A stretch of DNA of 64,000 bases. It comes from Campylobacterales bacterium. GTDB taxonomy: Bacteria; Campylobacterota; Campylobacteria; Campylobacterales; QNZT01. Positions 25,988 through 35,402 of this stretch are shown here, piece after piece (the stretch's first letter is position 1; every line of letters begins with the position of its first letter). The notes below the pieces were generated by a model. That model had not been told where the DNA came from and made no database searches. It was given only the letters and a program-made list of their open reading frames with translations. Made by a program: the position numbers and the translations under genes. Where the stretch lies: NCBI GenBank assembly GCA_027023405.1, contig JALVVN010000044.1:102-64101 (forward strand). The letters run 5' to 3'.

Positions 25988-27712
25988 TTGAAACAGTTTA
26001 TTTTGTTGCTTTTCTTTGCGCTGTCACTCCAAGCAAAAGTTTATCAAAAGATCGATTTTAAGGGTGACGGTATCGATTTTCTTGTCGGCGATTTTGCCAA
26101 AGATACACTTCTGAAAGTGATCGGCAAAGAGTATCCCCCTTTTTATACCCCGTGGCGTAAAGATCCCACTTTTAGCGATCGTGAGATAGAGGAGTATAAG
26201 AGTCGCCTCAAAAAATATTTCGAGTCGTTAGGCTATTATAAGAGCGATATCAAGATCACGCCCAAAGAGGATGCGCTTTTGGTGCGAATCAGTAAAGGTC
26301 CGCGTATCAAAGTGGCGACGCTCAAAGTGCATCCCGATAGTAAATATAAAAAACTGGTTCGCTTTAGAGTCGGTAGCCCTTTTCGTACCGATGCTTTTAC
26401 GCAGAGCAAAAAAGGGATCGAGCGCTATCTTCTTGAACACGCCCACCCCAAGTACGGGTTCAAAGCCAAAGCTTTAGTCGATTTAGCGGCGTATCGGGTC
26501 GATCTTGACTTTTTGGTCGATGAGAACGGTAGCTACAATTTTGGTAAGACGCAGATCGAGGGGCGGGGTGATGTCAAGGAGGAGATCATTCGCCAAGCCT
26601 TCCGCTACCGCGAAGGAGAACCTTATGATATCCGTAAAATAGAGGAGAGTTATGACAAGATTTATGATCTGGGTGTCTATGACTTTATCACCTTTACTCC
26701 GCTACTCGATAGCAATGCTACATCCAAAGGAGAGATTCCGATCAATCTCAAACTCAAAATGGGTGAGACTAAATTTCTCAAAGGCACTGTCGGGTACAGC
26801 ACCAACGAAGGAGCGAGAGGTTCGTTCGAGTGGATCGATAAAAACTTTTTGGGCAATCTCAAAGTCTTTGATATCGGCTTCAAAGCGACACAGATCGGTT
26901 ATGAAGCGTTTAATATCTTTTACAATCCCTACATTCCGGTTCCCTACCTTGGTATTATCACCTTTGAGAACGATATCCGCTATCGCCACTACCGCTACGA
27001 TACCTTTGTAGAGAGTACACTGCAAAACCGCCTTACTTTCGGAAAACGCTATCGTGAGTGGGAGCACTACTTTGGTTTACTCACCGAATACTCCAAGATC
27101 ACCGCCAAGGTTGATACTCCCGAAAATGAGAGCGGCAACTACTTTCTCAACTCCCTCTTTTATCGACTGCTACTTGACAAGCGAGATTCCAAGGTCGATG
27201 CCCAAAACGGCTACTATATTGCCCTCTACTTGGAGAAATCTATGAAAGGGATCGGTAGTGATCTTGATTATCTTAAGTCTACGATCGATGCACGATATAT
27301 TAAGCAGTTTTCCCAACGATGGGTCGGAGCGGTAAAACTTCGGCTTGGACGAATTGATGCGGATGTGCCGATCTTTAAACGATTTTTTACAGGAGGAGCC
27401 AATACCAACAGAGGGTATGAGTATCGTGATCTCGGTCCCAAAGATAGCAAAGGGGTACCGCTGGGAGGTGTGAGTCTCGTAGATGCAATGGCGGAGGTGC
27501 GCTATCGCGCATGGCGAAAGCTATGGGTGACGGGCTTTTGTGATACATCGCTTTTGAGTCCACATAGTGACAATTTTCGTTCGACCTACTATCCTTCGGT
27601 GGGTGTGGGAGTACGCTACAAGACGGTGATTGGTCCCATTCGAGTTGACTTTGGATTTCCACAACGAAAAAGTGGTTGGACTTTTCATGTGAGTATCGGG
27701 CAGGTGTTTTGA
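25988..27712 (+). CDS. tamA: Omp85/BamA-family outer membrane protein, TamA-like
   Basis: 574 aa: signal peptide, POTRA-like N-terminal region, surface-antigen beta-barrel ending ...FHVSIGQVF. Paired with a TamB-like gene. TTG start. Confidence 0.8.
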   Translation: MKQFILLLFFALSLQAKVYQKIDFKGDGIDFLVGDFAKDTLLKVIGKEYPPFYTPWRKDPTFSDREIEEYKSRLKKYFESLGYYKSDIKITPKEDALLVRISKGPRIKVATLKVHPDSKYKKLVRFRVGSPFRTDAFTQSKKGIERYLLEHAHPKYGFKAKALVDLAAYRVDLDFLVDENGSYNFGKTQIEGRGDVKEEIIRQAFRYREGEPYDIRKIEESYDKIYDLGVYDFITFTPLLDSNATSKGEIPINLKLKMGETKFLKGTVGYSTNEGARGSFEWIDKNFLGNLKVFDIGFKATQIGYEAFNIFYNPYIPVPYLGIITFENDIRYRHYRYDTFVESTLQNRLTFGKRYREWEHYFGLLTEYSKITAKVDTPENESGNYFLNSLFYRLLLDKRDSKVDAQNGYYIALYLEKSMKGIGSDLDYLKSTIDARYIKQFSQRWVGAVKLRLGRIDADVPIFKRFFTGGANTNRGYEYRDLGPKDSKGVPLGGVSLVDAMAEVRYRAWRKLWVTGFCDTSLLSPHSDNFRSTYYPSVGVGVRYKTVIGPIRVDFGFPQRKSGWTFHVSIGQVF

Positions 27713-30700
27713 TGTTGAAGAAGTTGTTTTGGTTGATCTTGGGTGTGCTATTCTTGGCGATCGTCTCGATTTGGCTGATCTTCTCGAATGAAACGGTACT
27801 CAATACCACCCTCAAAACCGCTCTCCAAAAGAGCCTACCCGATCTACACTATCGTCAAATGCGTGGCACCATTTGGAGCGGAATCGAGATGGAAGGGATC
27901 GACTATGCGGGCAAGTTTAAGGCGGACGCCAAGCTCAAAGTCGATTTTGGTGCTTTAAAGTCGGGAATACTCAAGATCGAGGATATCAATCTCTCTCATC
28001 TGCAAATCGACCCCGACTATCTCAAGCAACTGATCGATGCCAATAGTAGCGATGAAACAAAGAGCGATACCCAACTGCCTATTAAAGAGCTGATCGTCGA
28101 TCGCGGACATCTTGATCTCTCCGATCTGCGCTACGGAGAGTATCGTCTGGAGCATATCAATCTCGATATCGCCGATCTCAAAAGTGACCTACACAAACAT
28201 CACACAGGCAAGATCACGCTCAATGCCCAATCCAATGTCGCCGATCTCAAAGCCCGTCTCCATCTCAAAGGGGAGACCTTCGCGCTTAATCTTGATGCGA
28301 CTCCCAAAGTGGCGTTTATCCAACCCTATCTCAAAGATAGCAATCTTTCACTCACTCAAATCCCCAAAATTTCGCTCAAAAGTGAGGGAGATCTAGAGAG
28401 TATTCATTATGATTTACATCTCCTAAAGATGCAACTTCAACAAAACGGTATGAAATTTAGTGCCGATGATCTGCATCTCAAAGGGATCTATCAAGTCACG
28501 CCCAAAATCTTCACAGGAGATTTCGACGGTGGAGTCGATACCCCTTACGGTCAATTACAGTTGGAAGCGGGAGCAAACGGCAACATCAATGATCTCAACC
28601 AAACGCTTCGATACCGTCTCAAAACAGATTTTGATGCGGATACCCAGGCGCTCAATGCACTCACCAAAGAGCAAAATCTCACCATTCTCACACTCGCTCC
28701 ACTTCAGATCGACGCAACGGGCGATATGAAAACGCTTGATGCGAATGTGACACTCAGTAGCGGCGATCTGCGCTACGGCAAACATCGCCTACACCCCAAG
28801 ATCAAGAGCCGAACTATACACTATACGATCCCGACACAATGGCTCAAGATCGATACGCCACTTGATCTAGGAAGCGATATGGGCGATCTAACGACCCAAA
28901 ACCGTATCCGACTCAAGCTCGATGATCTCAACCAAACGCTCAAATATCAAAGTCAAATCAATCTCAAGATCAAAAAGGGTGCATTTGCGTCACTAGCCGA
29001 TGAGCAAAATATCTCTATCGATCGGCTCTCTCCCTTGCGGATCGCACTCGACGGTGATGCACGCCGACTCGATGCCAATGCCACGCTAAAGGGTGCTTTT
29101 CGTGTCGGTGATATCCAGGCCGATCTTCAACTCAAAGAGAGTCGTGTCCATTTTGATCTGCTCAAGCAAGATCTCCAAAACAGGATCGACTTTCAAATAA
29201 AAAGCAACAAGGGCGATGCCACGATCAAAAGCGATCTTGCACTCAATCTCAAAGATATCAACCGTACACTGCGACTCAATGCCGATGCGGATATCACTCA
29301 TGCAAAACGCATCGGCGATCTTGATCTTGGGGCACTGGGCGATCTACATCTGCACACACAAGGGCAGCAAAATCAGATCGATGCGACACTCAAGTCACCC
29401 AAGATCAGCGCCAAAGTCACGAGTAGCGATCTCAATCGATTTAATTTCTCATTTGATACAAAACGACTCTATCTTGAGAAGATCTATGCCAAGCTCCCTG
29501 CCGATCTCAACGGTAGCTTCACGGCGGTGACGGGGGAAGGGAGTTACACGCTTGAAAAACAAGCATTAGAGCTTAGTGCCAAGCTCAAAGCGTTCAGTTA
29601 CCAAAATCGTCTCATCCATACCAATCGATTTAAACTCTACAAAGAGAAAGATCGACTCACACTCACTCCACTGGTGATCCAAAGCGGAAAATTTAAGCTT
29701 CAGACCCAAGTGACACAAGAGGGTGACAAGATGCACATCACGCTTAAAAATCGTGCATTCAACGCACAGGCGCAGGTCGGAACGAATCCGCTTTGGGTTG
29801 AAGCAAAGGGGCGGATTAGTTCGATTAAGCGCTTGATATCGCAAATCGATGCAATTTATCCCATCGGAGAGACTCCGGCGATCGACGGATCGGTTGACTT
29901 TGGTGTGCATACGCAGGGAGAGCGGATCAGCGCACGCGTGAGATCGCCCAAGATCACACTTCCCCAGGGGCGCTTAGAGCAACTGAAGATCGACGCGATA
30001 TATCAACCGCACAAAGTGATCTTCAAGCGCTTCTCCTTTTGGCAAAAGGGATTTGGCAAGAAGATGGATCGTCAGGTGCGGCTCAGACGCGAGGGGGTGA
30101 TTGCCTTTGATGAGGAGAATGCGACGATCGATCTTGACTGGATTAATCTCGGGCGCTTTTATGCCAAAAAACGAGGTGATGTGACGGAAGCGAAATTGGA
30201 TGTTGAAAAGCTCTATCTCGCCTATCCACATTACGGGCACACGCGCTTGACAAGTCACCTCCAAATCTTCGCATCGGGTAAACAGAAGGCGATCACGGGG
30301 AGTGTGACATTTGCCGATACGGAGGTGAACTATGAGTCGCGATTTTTGGATGTTTCACAAGATAGCGATATCATTATCGTCAACGGTAAAAAGAATGAGA
30401 ATGATGACTTCATTCAAAATACCTTTTTGGATATCAAGATAGACTCCAAAGATGAGATACTCTATAAAGTGCAAGCGGGGGAGATTAAGCTAAAGCCCGA
30501 TATAGAGGTGCGTAAAGGTTTTGGTGATACGCCGAGGATCACGGGCAAGATCAAGATTTTGGGCGGGGAGTATGATCTGGCGGATAAACGATTTAAGCTC
30601 AAAGAGGGAGCGGTGGCGTTTCGCGGACTCAAAGAGGTCAATCCGCTACTCGATCTGCATGTAGTGTACGATGATATCGATGAGATCGAAATCTTTATCG

Positions 30701-31110
30701 ATATCTTCGGTGACAAAAATCGTCCGAGACTCAAATTTAGCTCCAAACCGCCCCGAAGTAAAAAGGATATCTTTTCCTATCTGCTCTTTGGGATGAGTGC
30801 AAGCGAGACGGAGGGAGCTATGAGCAGTGCCAACAAAGCGGCGGAACGCATCTTTGGTCGAGCTGTCTCTAAAGATCTTGCGCGAGAACTCAAACTCGAC
30901 AGACTTGATATACTCCGAAACGAAGAGGGTGGTTTTGATGTCAAAGCAGGTAAAAAGGTGGGCAAAAAGACGATTATCTACTACCAAAACAAGTCCACCC
31001 AAAGCTCCGTCATCGTCGAACACAAACTCAACAAAAACTGGGATGTCAGCGTCGAAGCGGGCAAAGAGGGCGAAGCAGTGGACTTTGTCTATCGAAAGGG
31101 GTTTAAGTAG
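27712..31110 (+). CDS. tamB: translocation and assembly module protein TamB-like (DUF490)
   Basis: Trimmed to MLKKLFWLILGVLFLAIVS (the ATG overlaps the tamA stop). About 1130 aa of repetitive beta-rich sequence with a conserved C-terminal DUF490-like end ...VDFVYRKGFK. Confidence 0.8.
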   Translation: MLKKLFWLILGVLFLAIVSIWLIFSNETVLNTTLKTALQKSLPDLHYRQMRGTIWSGIEMEGIDYAGKFKADAKLKVDFGALKSGILKIEDINLSHLQIDPDYLKQLIDANSSDETKSDTQLPIKELIVDRGHLDLSDLRYGEYRLEHINLDIADLKSDLHKHHTGKITLNAQSNVADLKARLHLKGETFALNLDATPKVAFIQPYLKDSNLSLTQIPKISLKSEGDLESIHYDLHLLKMQLQQNGMKFSADDLHLKGIYQVTPKIFTGDFDGGVDTPYGQLQLEAGANGNINDLNQTLRYRLKTDFDADTQALNALTKEQNLTILTLAPLQIDATGDMKTLDANVTLSSGDLRYGKHRLHPKIKSRTIHYTIPTQWLKIDTPLDLGSDMGDLTTQNRIRLKLDDLNQTLKYQSQINLKIKKGAFASLADEQNISIDRLSPLRIALDGDARRLDANATLKGAFRVGDIQADLQLKESRVHFDLLKQDLQNRIDFQIKSNKGDATIKSDLALNLKDINRTLRLNADADITHAKRIGDLDLGALGDLHLHTQGQQNQIDATLKSPKISAKVTSSDLNRFNFSFDTKRLYLEKIYAKLPADLNGSFTAVTGEGSYTLEKQALELSAKLKAFSYQNRLIHTNRFKLYKEKDRLTLTPLVIQSGKFKLQTQVTQEGDKMHITLKNRAFNAQAQVGTNPLWVEAKGRISSIKRLISQIDAIYPIGETPAIDGSVDFGVHTQGERISARVRSPKITLPQGRLEQLKIDAIYQPHKVIFKRFSFWQKGFGKKMDRQVRLRREGVIAFDEENATIDLDWINLGRFYAKKRGDVTEAKLDVEKLYLAYPHYGHTRLTSHLQIFASGKQKAITGSVTFADTEVNYESRFLDVSQDSDIIIVNGKKNENDDFIQNTFLDIKIDSKDEILYKVQAGEIKLKPDIEVRKGFGDTPRITGKIKILGGEYDLADKRFKLKEGAVAFRGLKEVNPLLDLHVVYDDIDEIEIFIDIFGDKNRPRLKFSSKPPRSKKDIFSYLLFGMSASETEGAMSSANKAAERIFGRAVSKDLARELKLDRLDILRNEEGGFDVKAGKKVGKKTIIYYQNKSTQSSVIVEHKLNKNWDVSVEAGKEGEAVDFVYRKGFK

Positions 31111-31128
31111 AAGAGAATAGAAGTTATT

Positions 31129-31150
31129 GTGAGAAATTTTAATTTCTCAC
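31129..31150 (+). terminator. hairpin after tamB
   Basis: GTGAGAAAT-TTTA-ATTTCTCAC is a perfect 9-bp stem, 19 nt after the tamB stop. No U-run follows it. Confidence 0.35.
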
Positions 31151-31152
31151 AG

Positions 31153-31383
31153 AAAAGTCGTAAGCGTGCCTCTCTCTACATTGCGAATAATCCACAACAA
31201 AATGCCTATATCGAAAGCTCCAATAGAACTATTAGGTATGATTGGCTAAATCAATATATCTTTAATACTATAAAGGACGTAAGAGATTTTGCAACTAAAT
31301 GGCTTTGGGTCTATAATAATGAATGCCCAAATATGGCGATAGGTGGGAACACTCCCAAAATGAAGTTGGCTCTTGCAGTCTAA
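31153..31383 (+). mobile_element. IS3-family transposase C-terminal remnant (truncated DDE/rve domain)
   Basis: NPQQNAYIESSNRTIRYDWLNQYIFNTIKDVRDFATKWLWVYNNECPNMAIGGNTPKMK matches the region around and after the catalytic E of IS3-family OrfB. The N-terminal ~300 aa and the OrfA part are absent. Confidence 0.6.
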
Positions 31384-31456
31384 TTTCTACTTTTGGTGGG
31401 ATTGGAAAATGGGAGGATTACCCTTCAAGTCAGTCACACTATGTTAAAATGATCCT

Positions 31457-32842
31457 ATGAAAATAGCACCCATACTCCATACCATCGCGCAGCGACTCTC
31501 TGAACACAATGCCAAGATGATCCTCGTGGGCGGATGTGTGCGGGATCATCTGCTTGGAAGAGAGCCAAAGGATTATGACATCGAAGTCTATGGTTTGAGC
31601 TCGCTGGAGGAGTTGGAGGCGATCTTGGAGCCCTTTGGCAGGGTGATGCAGGTGGGGAAGAGTTTTGGGGTAGTGAAGCTTGTGGTTGAGGGGAGGGAGT
31701 ATGATTTTGCTTTTCCGCGCCTAGAGAAGAAGGTCGGATCGGGGCATCGCGGGTTTGTGGTGCAGATCGACGGTGCGTTGGATTTCAAAGAGGCGGCGAA
31801 GCGAAGGGATTTTACCGTCAATGCGATGGGGTATGATATTTCTCAAAAACGCATTTTGGATCCGTGGGGTGGTCGAGAGGATTTGGATCGTGGGGTGTTG
31901 CGCCATATCGATGAAAAGAGTTTTGTCGAAGATCCGCTTCGTCTCTATCGTGGGGTGCAGTTTTGTGCCCGATTTGATCTGCGAATGAGTGAAGAGACGA
32001 TAGCGCTGTGTCAGCAGATGGTCGATCGGGGTGATCTGGAGACACTCCCCAAAGAGCGGATCTTTGACGAACTCAAAAAGCTACTCCTCCAAGCACCCAA
32101 ACCCTCTGTCGGCTTTGAGCTTTTGCGACAAACAGGAGCGCTTCGCTACTTTCCCGAACTCGAAGCGCTGATCGGTGTGGAGCAGGATCCAATCTGGCAT
32201 CCGGAGGGGGATGTTTGGACGCACACGATGATGGTAATCGATGCGATGGCGAAGATCAAGAGAGGGAGTGAAAAGGAGCAGTTGATCCTAAGTTTCGCAG
32301 CACTCTGTCACGATCTAGGAAAGGCGACGACGACGGAGTTTATCGATGGTCGTATCCGATCGAGAGGACATGAGCGGGCGGGTGTAGAGCCGACGCGTAG
32401 ATTTCTTGAGCGTTTGAGTGAGGATCGGGAGTTGATAGAGGGGGTGTTGCCGTTGGTAGATAACCATCTTGCTCCCTTTACACTCTATGAGGCGCGATCG
32501 AGCGACAAAGCGATCCGACGACTTTCAACTCGGGTCAATATCGAGCGGTTGTTGTTGGTGGCGGAGGCGGATTTTTTGGGGCGTACGAGCGAAGATGCAA
32601 AGAGCGGTCATTCAGAAGCACTAGCGTGGTTGGCACAAAAAGCGGAAGAGTTGAAGGTCAAAGATAGCGCTCCAAAACCGATCTTGATGGGGCGCGATCT
32701 CATCGATCTAGGATTGAAGCCTTCACCCAAGTTCAAAGAGATTCTCGATCTTGCGTACCAAAAGCAACTCGATGGAGAGATCGCTTCCAAAGCAGAGGCG
32801 ATCGCATTTGCGAAGATGGAGACTACTCGCTCGCAGGCTTGA
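31457..32842 (+). CDS. cca: CCA-adding tRNA nucleotidyltransferase with HD domain
   Basis: LVGGCVRDHLLGREPKDYDIEV (poly(A) polymerase head domain), RRDFTVNAM, and an HD domain (LCHDLGK). Confidence 0.9.
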   Translation: MKIAPILHTIAQRLSEHNAKMILVGGCVRDHLLGREPKDYDIEVYGLSSLEELEAILEPFGRVMQVGKSFGVVKLVVEGREYDFAFPRLEKKVGSGHRGFVVQIDGALDFKEAAKRRDFTVNAMGYDISQKRILDPWGGREDLDRGVLRHIDEKSFVEDPLRLYRGVQFCARFDLRMSEETIALCQQMVDRGDLETLPKERIFDELKKLLLQAPKPSVGFELLRQTGALRYFPELEALIGVEQDPIWHPEGDVWTHTMMVIDAMAKIKRGSEKEQLILSFAALCHDLGKATTTEFIDGRIRSRGHERAGVEPTRRFLERLSEDRELIEGVLPLVDNHLAPFTLYEARSSDKAIRRLSTRVNIERLLLVAEADFLGRTSEDAKSGHSEALAWLAQKAEELKVKDSAPKPILMGRDLIDLGLKPSPKFKEILDLAYQKQLDGEIASKAEAIAFAKMETTRSQA

Positions 32843-32967
32843 GAATCTTCTCCATCCGTTTTTGTGCATCAAGTAGCACTTTTGTATTGGCATAGAGTAG
32901 TGTTGTTGATAAAAACCTCCTGGGCGTATGCTATGCAAGTCTGCATAAAGCATCGTCGTGCGAAGCT

Positions 32968-32992
32968 AAAAAAGCAAAGCAGTTTGCTTTTT
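32968..32992. terminator. possible bidirectional intrinsic terminator
   Basis: AAAAAAGCAAA-GCAG-TTTGCTTTTT: an A-run, a short stem and a T-run, between convergent cca and a porin gene. The stem is GC-poor. Confidence 0.4.
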
Positions 32993-33160
32993 CTTTACGC
33001 TTCCCCCTCCGGGTGCGCTTGCGTTTTTCTTCAACACCTCTGCACACCGAGCATCATCACATCTGATGCACCTTCTGATGCAAAATTTGGGTTGAGTCGA
33101 AAGGAGCAGTACTCCACTCTTGTCACGACTCAAGAGTGCCACAACGCCCTTGCCGATATT

Positions 33161-34330
33161 TTAAAACTTATACTGATACTGGATCAACCAAGAGTCTTCT
33201 GTATAGGCACTCAAGAGATCATTCTTCTTATTTTTCTCATTCGTATCACCGCTTGCAAGAACATAGTTGACTTGAATTCGGTGTGCGTTTCGTTTTCGTT
33301 TCGCACTACGACTCATCTTATTGTCAAACGGCGCGATGTAGTAGTTGAAACCCATGTAGGTATTGCCGATATCGGTATCTTTGCCGTTTCTGCTTGCACT
33401 TCCTTGGATATGTTTGAGTGCGAGTTCAAAATCGTCGCTGATATAGTAGGTACCGGTAAGCGCATAGGTATTGATATTCCAGTCACTCTCTCCTTTGACA
33501 TTTTGTGAGTGGTAGAGCTCTAGTTTGACATTGCCCGGTCCAAAGTGCGAATCGAGACCAAAGTTGATCGATTGATAATCTTTGGTACCGGCACCGCCGG
33601 CGTCTTGACTCACGGCATAGGAAAGCTCCGTGTGGAGTGTCTCATACCAATCATACATCACTCTTGCGGCATAGGAGTTGGCATTTCCGGGTTTGGCTTT
33701 GGTGACGGCACCGCTTCGTGCGGCTTGGTTGGCGATCATCAGATCGTATCCAAATCCGACCCACGGTCGCTCGTGTCCCATCTCCAACCCGTTGGCTTTG
33801 TAAAACTTTTTATCCACCTGATCTTCATAGCCGATACCGCGTCCCGAGATCATAAATCCCATGCTTCTCTCAAGTGCGAGTTTTTTGTCAAAGCCTCTCT
33901 CTACCACATCCAAGTTCCATCCCGGAATGGTAAAGCCCATACCGTGAGGCATCTTGATCGCACCCAGTTTGAGGGTGAGGGCGTTGTTGAAGTAGTAGGA
34001 GACAAAGGCATCTTTGACCATGAGCGGTACGCCTATATCTTTGGATTTGTCATATTTTTGATTAAAATCCAAAAAGAGCTTTCCTCTTAATGGTCCGGCA
34101 AGATATTTAAATCCCAATCGCACGCGTTGCGCACCAAATTTGACCGATGCATCTTGGGTGGAGCTGAACTGCCCGTCTCCGCCTCTGGCTTCAATCTGTG
34201 AGAATCCGAAGATGACTATTTTGGTATCGACAGCTCCTATTTTCTTTTTGAGTGTGTAACCCGCTTGTGCTTGAGTCGTGAGTAACAGTACCGATGTGGT
34301 AACTATCGCAATTTTTGTAAATCTTTTCAT
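33161..34330 (-). CDS. outer-membrane porin (beta-barrel)
   Basis: 389 aa with signal peptide MKRFTKIAIVTTSVLLLTTQAQA, alternating strand pattern and a C-terminal ...LIQYQYKF aromatic terminus. Confidence 0.7.
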   Translation of the reverse strand: MKRFTKIAIVTTSVLLLTTQAQAGYTLKKKIGAVDTKIVIFGFSQIEARGGDGQFSSTQDASVKFGAQRVRLGFKYLAGPLRGKLFLDFNQKYDKSKDIGVPLMVKDAFVSYYFNNALTLKLGAIKMPHGMGFTIPGWNLDVVERGFDKKLALERSMGFMISGRGIGYEDQVDKKFYKANGLEMGHERPWVGFGYDLMIANQAARSGAVTKAKPGNANSYAARVMYDWYETLHTELSYAVSQDAGGAGTKDYQSINFGLDSHFGPGNVKLELYHSQNVKGESDWNINTYALTGTYYISDDFELALKHIQGSASRNGKDTDIGNTYMGFNYYIAPFDNKMSRSAKRKRNAHRIQVNYVLASGDTNEKNKKNDLLSAYTEDSWLIQYQYKF

Positions 34331-34514
34331 TTTTTCCTCCTTTGGTTTTAACAGGTTGTACCCCCTATAGGGCTAAAATTCCCTTTATCTTTGAGAAAGA
34401 GTGCCAAAGAGAGGATGAAGCTGATGACCCACCATGTTGTTTTATTGATACGCATTGATACCTTAGTGAAAATATTATGGGTAGTATAGCATATAAATAT
34501 TATAAATATTTATC

Positions 34515-35402
34515 TTATGTATAGATTTGTTTATCATAATATTTAAACCGTTTATGCGACCAAAACCACTCATTCGGATAGCGTTTGATCATCTGTGTGA
34601 CGGCGTCGGCTTGGGCTTGGTCGAGTAGGGCGATTGACTCTTTTTTGGGGAGTGTTTTATCGACGGTGATCGGAGAAAGGCAGGTGACTTGATGTTGTTT
34701 GAAGTCGTTGCTGTGGATGAAGATCGGAACCAAGATGAGATCATATTTGTGTGCCAGAATTGAGACGGCTTGGGTTTGTGTCGCTTTGTGTCCGCAAAAA
34801 TCAACATCTACACCGCCGCTTCTTTTAGAGAGGTTTTGATCGATGAGCAGTCCGAGGGTTTTCTCTTCATTGAGGGCTTTGATCATGCCCCACATAGCGC
34901 CTTTTTTATCGATGAGCGTGACACCCGCTTTTTCGCGCGCCTCTTTGAGGTAGCACTGCATGAGTGGTGAGTTGAGTTCTCTGCCTACGACGGCAAAGTT
35001 GATCTTGAAGTGTTGAATAATAGTATAGGGGAGTAACTCCCAAACACCGAAGTGCGCGGTAAAAAAGATCACCTTTTGACCTTCATCGAGGAGCTTTTGT
35101 ACCGCTTGATCGCCCTCATAGCGGATATTTTCAAGGAGTTTGCTTTTGTCGGGAAGAAGAAAGCTTTGGATGTTGTAGAGAAGGTTTTGGTAGGAGTGAA
35201 CGGCGATCGTTTTTTGTTCTTTGGGTGTTATGTCGGGAAAACAGTGTTTGAGATTGGCGTAGATGACGCGCCGTCTGGAGGGGGAGGCTACAAGTGCGAA
35301 ACGGGCAAAAAAGAGGATAAACCGATCCATCCATGATTCGGGCAGTGTTCGGTTGAGAAAGGAGAAAAATTTGTAACTCAAAAGATAAAATCTATCGCGC
35401 AT
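34515..35402 (-). CDS. lipid A biosynthesis late acyltransferase (LpxL/HtrB/WaaM family)
   Basis: 295 aa with FFTAHFGVWELL (the HX4D/E-type acyltransferase motif). Lies downstream of waaC and overlaps it by 11 nt, as in Campylobacter LOS loci. Confidence 0.8.
   Translation of the reverse strand: MRDRFYLLSYKFFSFLNRTLPESWMDRFILFFARFALVASPSRRRVIYANLKHCFPDITPKEQKTIAVHSYQNLLYNIQSFLLPDKSKLLENIRYEGDQAVQKLLDEGQKVIFFTAHFGVWELLPYTIIQHFKINFAVVGRELNSPLMQCYLKEAREKAGVTLIDKKGAMWGMIKALNEEKTLGLLIDQNLSKRSGGVDVDFCGHKATQTQAVSILAHKYDLILVPIFIHSNDFKQHQVTCLSPITVDKTLPKKESIALLDQAQADAVTQMIKRYPNEWFWSHKRFKYYDKQIYT

Noticed and set aside
32864-34090. Plus-strand ORFs of 214 and 181 aa
   Set aside because: Both are largely antisense to the porin gene (33161-34330), which has a signal peptide and a C-terminal Phe. 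Neither has a recognisable motif.
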